A stretch of DNA of 64,000 nucleotides, from positions 269,436 to 333,435 of the forward strand of contig MU619243.1 of NCBI GenBank assembly GCA_025201805.1. Reading direction: 5' to 3'. Within the stretch, counting starts at the first letter, position 1, and the number at the start of each line of letters is the position of its first letter. The position numbers and the translations under genes are program-made. Source of the DNA: Parasitella parasitica NRRL 2501 (Eukaryota > Fungi > Mucoromycota). Shown here one piece after another: positions 26,201-39,360 of this stretch. The notes beneath the pieces were generated by a model. It ran no database searches. It had not been told where the DNA came from and saw only the letters and a list, made by a program, of their open reading frames with translations.

Positions 26201-27400
26201 ATTCTTCCGGAATCTGTGTAGACGGGAGACAATTCAAAATGCGTACTACAAACTACCTACAAATTGCCATTCACCAGTATAGTTCTTGATTTTGAACCCA
26301 AATCCTGTTCTTTAAAACTCCTTTCCTATCATCTTGGAGAACTAGCGGACGACAAACAATAATTTCAAGAGAAAGGCCATCAACTACTGTCTCCAAGACA
26401 ATTCAAAGATACGATGTAGAGCCCACTATTCTGATCATATGGGTGGGAACGCTCCATAATAAAACCAAAAATAAAACAATCGGAAGGCATAATTTATAAT
26501 GTTATCTTCTAATGTCATGCTTTAGAAACGAAACGATTGATTCGAGAAATGGTTGGATTGGCTAAAAGACCAAGGGGTTTGGGCTCACCTTGTACGAAAT
26601 ACAACGGCTTTATCCTGATGGAGTATGGCTCACGTTTTGCTTAATTCCCTTAAACCAATCAACTATTATTCAAGTTGCTAAAGCAATTAAAAATAAAACA
26701 TGGTGTCATATAGTTGATTTAACATATTATGAACAAGTCAAATAAAAATTAAAGCTGTACGTAGACCTCATTTTTATTTCGCCACAGAATAAGAAAAATA
26801 GACAATTGTCGCAAAAACGTTTTTTATGCAAAATAAGCTCTTCCATTTTTTTTACGAACCTTTTCCATTTATAAATTTCAATGGACATAAATGAAGGTAG
26901 GTTAGATTCTCCTGAACCCTTACAACCACTGTTAAAGAGGTTTATATATACAGTGCTTACGATTCCAAACGGCGGGTTTTCGATAATCATTTGGTGGTTT
27001 CTAATTCTAAACTAGTCGCTTTAATGATGGCTGAAACAGAGAAAAACTTTCACCATACCTCCCAAACACCGACCTGGTGCAGACCTTATGTCAAAAACAA
27101 TGCGTAAAGACCCAAGGGTCGTAAACATGGTAGTATCAACATTAGTTGGTATGTTACAGCTATATGCTATTATTTGCGATAAAAAATAGAATAAAAAAGC
27201 AGAAAGGATATACAATTATAACTCTTCGATATTTGTTCAAGGTTAAAAAATGTAAGCCAGGATCCATCAAATTGAAAGATATTGGATGTATTCATATAAA
27301 ATAAAATCTGTACTGTGTATTATTTCATGTTTCTAATGCAGTAACTGGATTGTTTCCAATTTAGGCTTCATGGGAAAGCAGTAACGATTGTGATTTATAT
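23300..27400. other. Gene-free AT-rich island of degenerate coding-like and transposon-end-like sequence
   Basis: No long ORFs; short protein-like frames broken by stops (e.g. 23583-23760 on +, 24030-24230 on -); contrasts with tight gene spacing elsewhere. Confidence 0.45.
25806..26016 (+). mobile_element. Candidate LTR (~210 bp)
   Basis: TGTTAAG...CTCAACA imperfect terminal inverted repeat; internal gtataaata (25901) followed by aataaa (~25933); no target-site duplication seen. Confidence 0.45.
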
Positions 27401-27429
27401 GCAGTACAAAGGTGTTCAATTGTCTTTCC

Positions 27430-28626
27430 ATGTTGAATGTTAATGATGATATTTGTCATGTTCAATATTGTTCTCAAGGACGCGTTTCTTAATAAAGAAA
27501 TGTCTTACTAATTCAAATAAGATCTGTGAAAGACTGCCAGTAGTTCACATCATTATTGAAGCTTCTCACTAATGATATTAATTTACATGTGGGTAAGCAT
27601 GCCAGCAATAACTATACAGCACAAAATGGGGAATGGCTTGATGAAAAACTTGCTGATGTTCTACTCATCCCAACTACTGCTACATCTGAATCATTACCAT
27701 CTATTCTTGTTGAAATACAGAATGTTGTTGACTGGCCATACATGCACCGACTTCGCAAATATTGTTATCATATATACGACGAAAACAACAATACTGAATC
27801 AATCGCACTCACTATCTGTATTAAGAATGTGCGGGTAGAAATCCAATATGTTTTATAATAGTTCTAAAGCTTCATATTTTAAGCAAATTCCATGCAACTT
27901 TTGGGCCAGAAAGCACTCCATTATGACCCCTAAAACTATCGCAGATTATATTAGTAATCATGACAACGATGATACCAATAACGACAACAATGAAGATAGC
28001 ATTAACGAAAATGATACTAGCATCAATAGCAGGCCTCTTCCTCCTCTGGCTGCAGTAGGGTATGTTCTTATGGAACAAAGATGCTCATTATTCGGATTAG
28101 AATATAAGGAGAATCCTACTGTTATCTTATTATACAAAATTGCAAAGGAAGCACTGGACTATAAAATACAGGATCATAATTCCACGGTGGAGAGATTAAT
28201 TGACGTTGCTACTGAAACAAAAAATCAATTCAAGAGGGATACTGGAAGTGTCCGACGAAGGTGAAGCAGGCATTAAAAAAAATGAAAGGTTTATCAAGTG
28301 TAGGTGTGCTATATGCAGAGACCTGCTTACACAAGTACCAGTGGCCAGTTTTTGACCATTCTGACATGATACCAACACCATTGGATTTGCCACCTAATGT
28401 TCGACTGTCAAAAAAAAGTACATGCATTGATGTCTTACCGCCAATGCCATCTGAACCACAACTTGATGACATTAAGTATGCTAGAGACTTCAAGGACGAA
28501 TACGTGAAAACCCATAAACAGATGAATTGGAAAGTTTGCTATGACCAAGGATTGGCTGAAGGTTATTTTTCTAGATATAAAAACTACAAAACACTGAAGA
28601 ATACATTTAGCGAACTTCACAAATAA
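27430..28626 (+). pseudogene. Frameshifted PD-(D/E)xK-like (D...ExQ) nuclease-family gene
   Basis: EWLDEKLADVLLIP...LPSILVEIQNVVDWPYMHRLRKYC; three overlapping frames 27556-27858, 27848-28264 and 28261-28626 joined by frameshifts. Confidence 0.6.
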
Positions 28627-28841
28627 CCAAATATCTTATATATATAAAATTCTACACTTCATTCTTATCAATATTATTTTTCAGATATTTTTTCCCAACT
28701 CATTTATGTGTCGCCTTCAGTTTGATGTAAACATTACTGTATTGTACTCTTCTTGTTCGTGACCATTTGTGACCGTAGAGCTTGGAAAAGCATCAAAAAT
28801 TTGCATTTCAAGATGAAACTGCTCTTCTTTCAACAAGAAAA

Positions 28842-31800
28842 ATGTTCCAAGACGAAACAGACCTTTTCAATGTGTTTAGCGGCGAAGCAGCGCACGATAA
28901 TTTTGATGACGTTATGGAAGATGAAAATGTCGATCATACCAGCGACGAAGAATTGATTACTCCTGCCAAACGTGCGCCTTCTGAAGAGCTTGAAAACGAA
29001 ATAAGAAAGAAAAACATCAATGTCAATTCCAAGGAAATCAAGCAGTTTAGAGAAGATGTTTCCAAACAGCTAATGCCCGTTGTAGCGGATAGTTTTGAAG
29101 AGGAAACTTCAAGAGCCATAGCCAACATTGCAGGTTTACAAAGCGCACCAGCTACAGAGGAGGGCGAGAAACTTGTTTTGAGTCATGCCGTCAGACATCA
29201 AGTTGCAGTGCCTCCCAATTACCCTTATGTGCCTATTTCTCAACATAAATTACCAGCAGACCCTGCCCGTGTGTACCCTTTTACATTAGATCCTTTCCAG
29301 CGTGTCGCAGTGTCTTCAATCGAACGCAATGAATCTGTCTTGGTTGCTGCTCACACTTCTGCCGGTAAAACTGTGGTTGCTGAATACGCTATTGCTCAAT
29401 GCTTAAAGAACAAACAACGAGTGATCTATACTTCCCCCATCAAGGTAAGCAGAACTAATGGTTATTTAAATTTATCGTTATATAACAATTTTATCAGGCC
29501 TTATCCAATCAAAAATACCGTGAATTTACTGAAGAATTTGGAGATGTTGGATTAATGACAGGCGATGTTACTATCAACCCCCAAGCATCCTGTCTTGTCA
29601 TGACAACTGAGATTTTACGATCCATGTTGTACCGTGGCTCTGAGATTATTCGTGAAGTTGCTTGGGTTGTTTACGATGAAATCCATTATATGAGAGATTC
29701 AGAACGTGGTGTTATTTGGGAAGAATCAATTATTTTGCTACCTGACGCTGTTCGATTTGTATTCTTGTCAGCTACTATTCCCAACGCCATGGAGTTTGCA
29801 GAGTGGATTTGCAAAATCCATGAACAGCCCTGTCACATCGTGTATACTGATTTCCGTCCAACGCCTCTGCAGCATTATCTGTTCCCTGCTGGTGGCGATG
29901 GTATTCATTTGGTCGTGGATGAAAAGAGTAGATTTAGAGAAGACAACTTCCAACGATCAATTGCAGCATTAACTGATGCGAAGGGCGACGATCCAAGCGG
30001 CATTCAGGCTCGTGGAAAGAAGAAGGGACACACCAACAAGGGCGGAAAAAACGATGGCCCTTCTGATATCTATAGAATCATCAAGATGGTCATGATGAAA
30101 AATTATCACCCTGTCATTGTTTTCAGTTTCTCTAAAAGAGAATGTGAATCAAATGCCCTCCAAATGTCCAAGTTGGATTTTAACGACGGTTAGTGTACAT
30201 TCAAATAATGCGCATCTCATTTGCTGACAATATGCTGCTCATAGAAAGTGAACGTGACATGGTATCTCAAGTATTTACCAATGCTATCTCTTCCTTGAAT
30301 GAAGATGATCGTCAGCTTGGGCAGATCCAACAATTGCTACCCTTGCTTCGTCGTGGTATCGGCGTACATCACGGTGGTCTTTTGCCCATCATGAAAGAAA
30401 CTATTGAGGTTCTTTTTCAAGAAGGTTTGTTGAAGGTGCTGTTTGCAACCGAAACCTTCTCTATTGGTTTAAACATGCCTGCCAAAACTGTTGTGTTTAC
30501 GAGTGTTCGTAAATTTGACGGTAAAGAAATGCGTTGGGTGTCATCAGGTGAATATATCCAAATGTCAGGCCGTGCCGGTCGTCGTGGTCTTGATGAGCGT
30601 GGTGTCGTTATTATGATGATTGACGAAAAAATGGAGCCTGCAGTTGCCAAGGGCATGGTGAAGGGTGAATCTGATCGTATGAACTCTGCTTTCCACTTGA
30701 GTTACAATATGATTTTGAATTTACTGCGCGTGGAAGGCGTCAGCCCTGAATACATGTTGGAAAAGTGTTTCTTTACCTTTCAAAATGACACAAACATCCC
30801 CCAATATGAAAAGGAATTGGATCAATTGGAACAAGAAAAGAAAGCGATGGTTATAGACAATGAGGACGAGATTGAAGGTTATTATGAAATCCGCAAGCAG
30901 ATCGATACCTATACTCAGGACGTACGAGATGTGATGAACCATCCTACATATGCAGTTCCTTTTTTACAGCCTGGTCGTCTAGCTCATATCAAATACGATA
31001 AGATGGATTTCGGATGGGGCGTTGTTTTAGCTTGTAAGGAAGTTAAACACAGAGGAAAGGGAGATCAAGCAGCTTCCACTGAATATATTCTCGATGTTCT
31101 TTTATACTGCTCTGATGACAGTTCTGCTTCTAAGGATGCTGCTGGCCATACAGTTGGTATAAAACCAGCTCTTACAGATTATGATGGTTCTCTTATGGCA
31201 GTTCCTGTCAGCCTCAATGCCATTGAATGCATGAGTCACATTCGTCTGAATCTCCCCAAAAAACTGAATAACAAGGATTCTCTCAAAGCCGTTTACAAGT
31301 CTATTCTAGAAATCAAGAAGCGTTTCCCTAATAGTATCCCATTGTTAGATCCTGTGAAAAATATGGGCATCAAAGACCTTGGCTTTAAGAAACTGGTCGA
31401 AAAGATTGTCATCTTGGAAAAGACATTGAAAGATCATCCTCTTTCTAAATCTGACGAATTACCCTCTATATACGACAAATACATGACCAAGGTGGACCTT
31501 GTAAACAAGATTAAAGCTCTTAAAAGAAAGGTGACAGATGCACAATCCATCGTACAATTAGAAGAACTCAAGAATAGAAAGCGAGTTATGAGAAGGTAGA
31601 TAAAATATACACGCATACTAAGAAAAGACATAACTTGCTAACGTTTATTTAGGCTTGGGTTTACCTCCTCTGCCGATGTTGTGGAAATGAAGGGTCGTGT
31701 TGCATGTGAGATCAGTACTGGTGATGAATTACTTTTGACAGAAATGATCTTTCAAGGTGTATTTAATGATATTACAGTGGATCAGTCAGTCGCACTTTTA

Positions 31801-32202
31801 AGCTGCTTTGTATTCGACGAAAAGGTAGATGCTAAGGCCAAGTTACAAGAAGAGCTTTCTGCACCACTACGTCTTATGCAAGAAACTGCCAAGCGTATTG
31901 TCAAGGTGTCCAATGAGTGCAAAATGAATCTGGAAGAGCAGGCCTATCTAGAAAAGTTCAAGCCTGAACTAATGGACGTCGTATTTGCCTGGTGTCAAGG
32001 AGCTAAATTCTCGCAAATCTGTAAAATGACGGAAGTCTATGAAGGCTCTCTTATTCGTGTATTTAGACGTCTTGAAGAACTTTTAAGACAAATGTGTGCA
32101 GCAGCGAAAAGTATCGGTAACTCTGAACTAGAGAACAAGTTTTCTGAAGGCATCAATAGAATTCACAGAGATATCATCTTTGCTGCTTCACTTTACTTGT
32201 AA
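28842..32202 (+). CDS. MTR4: Exosome-associated Ski2-like RNA helicase MTR4, 4 exons
   Basis: [35 protein letters not shown], arch/KOW insertion, C-terminus [11 protein letters not shown]. Confidence 0.96.
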
Positions 32203-32230
32203 ATTTATCCCCATCTTTTATTTCGCTTTT

Positions 32231-34275
32231 CTAATAAAATACTTCTTTGCGCATGTCATTTTGAAGGCTTTTGAGTTCTTCGAGATATTGCTCATCGGAA
32301 AGTGGCGTTTGACCAAGTTGTAGTATTTTATCTGCAAACCAAAGGAGCCTGCGTTCTTTGGTGGGGTTGTGTTGCTCATTCGCTTGTCGTAACAGTAAGT
32401 TGCGCCTACTTCCTTCCAGCTATATAATTTGTCGTGGTATAGCATTTAATATATCTGATGCGCCGTGAATATACATTATACGCACATCTGCAACTATCTT
32501 GTAAGCACATGTCAATACTTCTTGAGGCAGCCCTAGAATTTGCGCTGTTTGTAGTCCTAAAGATCAGTTTAATTAGAAAAGAGGAAGCGGTTAATACAAA
32601 GAAGCTATATATGTGCCATAGTGATTTTCGGTGGCTAGTCTTCCGTCTTCAATTTTATATTGATAATCGACTGTGCAATCTCTATCGTTCGTTTTCTTTG
32701 AATATGTTATTAGTCATGAATGACAGCAAAAAAAACACCCTGTATCTCTACTGTACTGTAACATTAACTTTGAATTGCAAGTTGACGACATTAGGGTAAA
32801 TATCTAATGTGCATGTTAATTCATGAAGGTGAGTAGCAAAGAAACAAAATGCTCTGGTTCGTGCAAGATCTTCACAGACAGCACCACTAATGCCTAATGC
32901 ATCCTCAGGGGATGTCCCTCTTCCCAATTCATCTATAAGCACAATGCTACTGGCGGTAACATGCTTTAGCAGGTAGGCTGTTTCTCTCATTTCAGACATA
33001 AATGACGACGTGCCGATATCTGAAAACATGTTTTCATTTGCTAATCTTGAAAGCAGCTTGTTTAACAGAGTTATTTCTGTGAAAAGATGCAATCAGCCTA
33101 AACAATTTGCTTTTATATACCTGATCACACAATCGAAATGAAGCATATTCAGCAGGTACACTATATTTGAGTAAAGTTAGCGTGAAAGCGTTTAGTCTGC
33201 CTAGATAAAATACTTCGTACAATGATCCTATCTGCGCCATGATGGTCAATAATGCAATTTGTCTCAAATAGGTTGACTTTCCACTCATATTTGGGCCCGT
33301 AATGAACTGAAAACTGCTTGATAATGAAGCAAATGTATCATTTGGTACGACTGGATTGAGCAGAATACAATCTAGTATGGGGTGTCGTCCAGATTTAATT
33401 GCCAGCGTATTTGAGAATTCAGGGCGAACTATTTATAAATGATGAAAGCAACACTATTATGAATAGTAGAAATATTGTTTACCTAGATTGCTTGAACTTA
33501 AATTGTAAGATGCTAGTGAAGTCAAGAAGTCCAACAGCGCTATAGCCTCAGATGACTTGTATAAAGCCTTTATGTTATCTCTAAAGATATGAAGCAGCTG
33601 TGTCACAGTCCTATACAAAAGCATTTGGAGACATTGTACCTTATTGGCAACTTGCTGTCTTTCTTTAATACTTACTTTTCAGACATAAGAAACACTTCAG
33701 TCATTGATTCGTTTAATCTACTGTTCTTTTGAAGCTACCAAAAAGCCATTGTAAGTAGAATCATTCAGTTCGGACGTGTACGTTAAATCTATACCAATTC
33801 TAGTGTAGTGAATTGCAAAGTCTTTTTCTTCTGGATCACATTAATAAAGATATCTGGTAGGCGATCTTCCTTTGTGAGCTGATTCATCTGCATCGAAATG
33901 CTGTAGCCTTTGGCAGAAGTATAATCTATCTTTAGTTTCAAGTTGTAAGTCTCCCCGTAGTCTGTAATCAGGTCATAAATGTCCTCTGTGGTTTCCTTGT
34001 AGGTTTGACGAGCTATACAAATGCCGCTCTTAGCATCTTGTATTTAGCTATCTGCAATACCGCTTACCAACATCGAGCAATCCATTGACTCCCGACTAAC
34101 GAAACAGCTAAATAAACTCGTACTAAATGATTTATAATGTTTTACCTTTACTGCATAGCATTTCTGATTACGAATGCCTAAACTACTCTTCTCTATCCCA
34201 ATATCTTGGTTGATGATTCTATTTATGGACGCTGTGAGTTCATCTACATTTGAACACTAGAGCTTTAGTATATCT

Positions 34276-34312
<37 letters not shown>

Positions 34313-35907
34313 NNNNNNNNNNAAAAAAATAAGGCTCATTGCAAACCAAATATCTCATTTGACAAAACCTTTATAGTGGTGCTCAATAAACTGACTATCA
34401 TATGAACATACTTTTCAATGACTTACACTGAATACAGTAGAAAGCAGTTTTTGCTGGTTATTATACTGACTAGAAAAATGATTTGATCGTAATGCTTCAT
34501 TTTTGATATTGTCGGGCAGGCTGTTCGCAATGGCTTTAATTGACTTCATAACTTGCTTTAGATGTACAACATGATTCATTTTCTGCTCAGAGTATTGAAC
34601 TGCAAAAACCGAATTTTGGGTACTCGTATTTGGGGTCTTCACTATAAAAGAAATGATGCTGTCAATGTCTACGAGCTGCTTTAAACAAGACTGAATATTG
34701 TATATGCACTCTTCATTTCTACAGAGCTCTTCAATTGCTTTTAAACGGTCATTGGCTATTTCAACACTACAAGGAGGCTGTAAAATGTTGGTGCGAAGTA
34801 GGCGCTTCCCCATTGGAGTAAGCGTATAGTCTACAATCCCCAAGAGCGTATTTCGTTTGCTATTAGTATGCGCCGTATTGTGTACTAGTTCAAGGTTCTT
34901 TGCAGTGATCGTATCTGATGTTTTGTTAGTCTATTTCTAGAATTATCTGAGGCACATATATACCTATAAGCATGGCACCTATTTCGTTACGTAGGTCAAT
35001 AAAAGCAGAACCGTATATAAAAGAAAATCGCTTGCCTTCTGCACCTTTATATGTGAATTTGATAGTATGATTGGCAAATGAGTATCCCTCAGTTTCAAAT
35101 ACATGTCTACACATATGATATAATCATTGTTAGTGCCAATATCTCACAGTGTATAAGCCTAACCATACTGAAAAGCGCCAGCAAGTGCAGCCAGGCAAAA
35201 ATATCTATGACAGATTGAGTTGAAGCTCATAATATTGACATCAAGTATAAATACTTGGTAGATGCGCCAAACAGAAAGCCAGCGATATCCTCTTGAATGC
35301 AGAAATCAATGATATACTGCTTGCCCTTCTCATCATTGAAATATTTTCTTGGCACGGTAATGATAGAGATGTGTGGAAATTCATTCTGTAATGCAACACA
35401 AAGCTTACTGCCGCCGTTTTCACTGAATAAGTTTGACTGATTTGCTTGATTTCGTTCTGTATTCGATGGCATAAGTATTTTTTGAGGCTCATTCAAATTG
35501 ACTGATTGCATAGTTCTCCTGAATGTCTGAGAGTCTGCTACCTGTATATACATACAAGTTGGTATGTTATTCTAATGCAAGATTGTCTTTAATGAAGTAT
35601 GAGAGTGTCTACGTACTTGAGATATGCTAATCTCGCAACTACTAATATCAAATAAACAGATTCCAACCTCAACTGCCACGCCACGGCCTTCTGCAATTGC
35701 CATAACTCGTTTTAGAGATCGATTATTGGTGCCTGTGGTGGCAGGTCTTCTAGTAGACGTTGTAGCTGTGCCTGGCCGATTATTATAGTTGGGGAAAGGT
35801 CTCTTAAGTATGTTTACTTGGCTGACGCTTTTGTCAGTTCCACCGACTGTTCCACTCTTTGTCGTCTGTCGAGAAGAGAAAATGCTGTTTGCATCTTGGG
35901 AAGCCAT
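32231..35907 (-). CDS. MSH4: Meiotic MutS homologue MSH4 (many small exons)
   Basis: [17 protein letters not shown]...[83 protein letters not shown]. Confidence 0.92.
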
Positions 35908-36040
35908 TGTAGTTGGAGGGGGATGATTTAAAGGAGCATATAGTTGAAACAAGAGGAAATTATGTATTCTACATTGCTCAAAGCGATTTTTATTTGATAT
36001 ATTATATACAGATTTAGGTTGTGCTGACAGGACGAGAGAT

Positions 36041-37862
36041 TTAATTGATGGTCTTCTTTTTGCCTCTATTCAAGCTTGGGCCCCACACTTTGACGGTAAA
36101 ATCAGCAGAACAACTAGCCAGGATGGGCTCTGTTGGATGGAAATTCACAGCATACACCCGATCTGTATGACCTTCAAGACGCTGCATCAGTTCTGCACTA
36201 TCCTCACCTACATTATACAAATAGGCATATGGATCGGCACTGCCAGTGGCTAGTAAGACACTTTTTTCTTCCCTAGGCTCATGTGAGTCGAATAGATAAT
36301 CTCCTGGGTTGGGCGCTAGATCCGAATCACCATAGACATCATTTGTAGCCGAAGGTTTACTCAGAATAGACGAGTTGTACCCACTGCCACAGTAAAACGA
36401 GGATTTAATCGGCCAGTTCTTGTTCTTGAAGCCCTTCAATGAATGTACAAGTCGAAGTTCTGACTTGGGAGGATCCATCCCACGATCATACACACGCAGC
36501 ACTATTTTTTTTTACACCTGATTAGCACACGTAAACAATGGTCTGAAATACATAAAAAGATACGCACAATTGTCATAGCTATTCAGTGCCATATATCTAG
36601 GCTCATCATAATCATCAACTAGCAAAAAAAAAGTTAGCATTCATTTGATCTGCCAGGAAATTGGTCTACATACTGGCTCTCCTGGAGGCATCGGTGCTCC
36701 TTCTGCCAATTGAAATATGTGTAATAGGCATTTTGGATGGGTCATTCAATTTCGATGATATACATTGTTCTATGAAAACCATACTCTAAGTACCATAACC
36801 ATGCAACAAACGAAAAAAGATGCACCTACTTGATCGAATATCCCATACCTTCAGCATACCCTGCGCATCACCTGTAATAACGTGAATACCATCTCTTGAA
36901 GCGTATAGCGTATTAATCATTGCATCATTCCTTATCACAGAAGCATTTCCCTCAGATCTAATATCAACCATAGCAAGCACTTTTCTCGATGTACCATAAT
37001 AAAATATATTTGAATCGACAAAGTCCCAACCAACACATTGCACAAGGCCCTCTGTATCGTAGCTGCTGGATAGCTTGCCGCTTTCAACATCCCATGTTTT
37101 GCAAGTCTCATCATAAGCACCTGAGAGTAGCATACTTGAGTCTGGTGTCCATGTTAAATCAGATATATTGAGTGTATGTGCTTTTAAGCAGAGTGTCTAT
37201 GCAATAATGAGCTCGATGAATCAAAGCGCAATGAATTTCCGTCTACCTCTTTTTGAGCGGATGCTGTATCCCATATGCGAACGGTTTTATCGAATGAACC
37301 AGATGCAAGTAAAGCTCCATTTTGTGAAAATTCAACAGTGTAAACGGCACCTGTATGTCCCTAAATCGACATCAGTTATAGTTCACTTTGACATCGTAGT
37401 AGCGACAGATGAATTTACCTTGAGTTCATAGCGTAATTGAAATGGCTTTCCGTCGCGAGAGTCGTGTGGGTATACTGACAGGTACATAATTACAATCAAG
37501 AGAACAATATAACACTATCAATGCATACCTGATTGAAATGGTTCCATATCACCACCTGCTTCTTGAACTGCTTTTGTTATCATTTCTTGAGCCTTCCCTG
37601 TCGTGGATACCTCATTATCTATGACAAAAGGGCCAGGCCTATAGCTCAGCCCACCTTGAGAAATGGAAGCTGCATATCTAGCCGATAAATCATAGATGCT
37701 TTTTTTCAAGGACATGTTTTCCTTGTCTAGTACATCCACTTTCTGCTTGAGTTGCTTTACTTCCTTTAAAAGCTTTTCTACTTGTTGATCACGATTAACG
37801 CCGGCTCCCAGAGGAGATTTTGAAGACGATGGTGGTTGTCTTTGGTTAGGCAACACGTCCAT
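36041..37862 (-). CDS. N-terminal coiled-coil plus WD40-repeat protein
   Basis: Heptad LLKEVKQLKQKVDVLDKENMSLKK; GHTGAVYTVEFS...SGSFDKTVRIWD; GHTDRVYAVNFHP...CSADFTVKVW. Confidence 0.88.
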
Positions 37863-38261
37863 TTTTTTTATGCTGGAATGTGAAACAAGCGAAAAGTAGA
37901 AGAGTCGCAATTGATGGGATAATGGAGTTGGGTGACTACATTGACTTCCATGCTGTTCACTCTCAGCGCATTGGGATCTCTAGGCACTCGCTTTGTTTTA
38001 GTAAAGTACTCGCAATTTGCAGTTTTCAACAGCCCAATTTGCCTTTTCAATCAACGGCTTTTTTTATAGTACTAAATGAAATGATGAAGAGATTAGAAGC
38101 ATAATAAATTATTGTCATTTACATCATCTTATCAACAAACTGATGGTTTTTAGTTTTGTTTTAGCGGCGGATTAAGTTCAGGGGAACAAGGACTCACTCT
38201 CGCCCAATTTCAAGTAATAAATATGTAGTAAAAGTGGTGATTCAGCGCATTTGAACGTCTC

Positions 38262-38625
38262 AATGACAACTGTCATGGCAACTAGCAACGACTCAAAAAA
38301 CAGCCAACTTGAAGATGAAAGTATGTGTAACATTTGTTTCTTTTCTTTTTTACATTATCATCTCTGACATGCTCTTTTGTATTTAGATGAAGATCTTTTG
38401 TTATGTGAATTACCAGCCGACAATTTACCTCGAAGTGACCAATTAAGCAAAAGCATTCTCGAAATTTAAGCAGTTACTAACGTTGCGGCAACTGGTTTAT
38501 TGGACCTTCCAAATGACTCTTACACTACAGCTATTACTGAATGGAACGGTAACCGCTGTGACGTATTGTATATACCCAACCTTCTTACCATTCTGCAATG
38601 TGTTCCCCCGATTCTTAGGAAATAC
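38262..38625 (+). pseudogene. 5' fragment of a second PD-(D/E)xK-like family copy, truncated by the tandem-repeat/Helitron insertion
   Basis: Spliced frame (gtatgt...tttag) with an in-frame TAA, then DSYTTAITEWNGNRCDVLYIP..VPPIL, aligning by eye with NNYTAQNGEWLDEKLADVLLIP..LPSIL at 27600. Confidence 0.55.
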
Positions 38626-38629
38626 AGAT

Positions 38630-39360
38630 ATTTGTCAATGAATTATTTATGCAGAATTTATAAGCAAATAACTGTTAGTTATGATTAATTATGAAAGACA
38701 AAACTGTTTTCGCAGATAATTTTTGATAGAGACATTGCCTAGTGGAAACCATGTTATACTCGGATAGCGATGATCATGCTTAATTTTATGAAGCATAAAA
38801 AACAGGCTCTATATTACTCTTTATCGTAGCCTATCAGCGTTTATATGCGATTTTCCAATGGTTTCTGCAGATAAATATTTAAATTTAACATGAAAACATC
38901 ATACAAATGTTATTGCCAGATAGCGCCAGCTCAACGCTAAGTTTTCCAACGTATACCATGGTTCTACGATTATTTTGGCAGGAGTTATGATAAAATATCT
39001 GATATTTAAGATAAATTATGAAAAATAAAACTGTTTGTGCAGATAACTTTTGATAGAGACATTGCCCAGTGAAACCCAAGCTATGCTCAGATAGCGATGA
39101 TCATGCCTAATTTGATGGCGCATATGACAGCATTTGATTTGCTCATTATCACAACCTATCAGCGATTATATGTCATTTTGATATGTAAATTTGTGATATC
39201 ATTTGATAACTTTATAGATATCGATAAAAACATGGAAACCAATGTTGTTGCCAGATAGCGCCAAGTCAATGCTAAGTTTTCCAAGTTAGATCTCGGTTCT
39301 AAGGTCATTTTAGCACAAGTTATGAGCAAATATGTGATATTTATGCTGGTAAATAAAAAA
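38630..39360 (+). repeat. ~330-bp tandem repeat, ~2.3 copies
   Basis: gcagataa.ttttgatagagacattgcc.agtg at ~38712 and ~39039; tgccagatagcgcca...gctaagttttccaa at ~38914 and ~39249. Confidence 0.88.

Noticed and set aside
28842-32202. RNA helicase as a marker of the Mucorales sex locus (tptA-sexP/M-rnhA)
   Set aside because: The helicase is MTR4; no HMG-box gene or triose-phosphate transporter is nearby
38630-39360. CRISPR-like array
   Set aside because: Eukaryotic context, whole ~330-bp units are homologous with no unique spacers, and there are no cas genes
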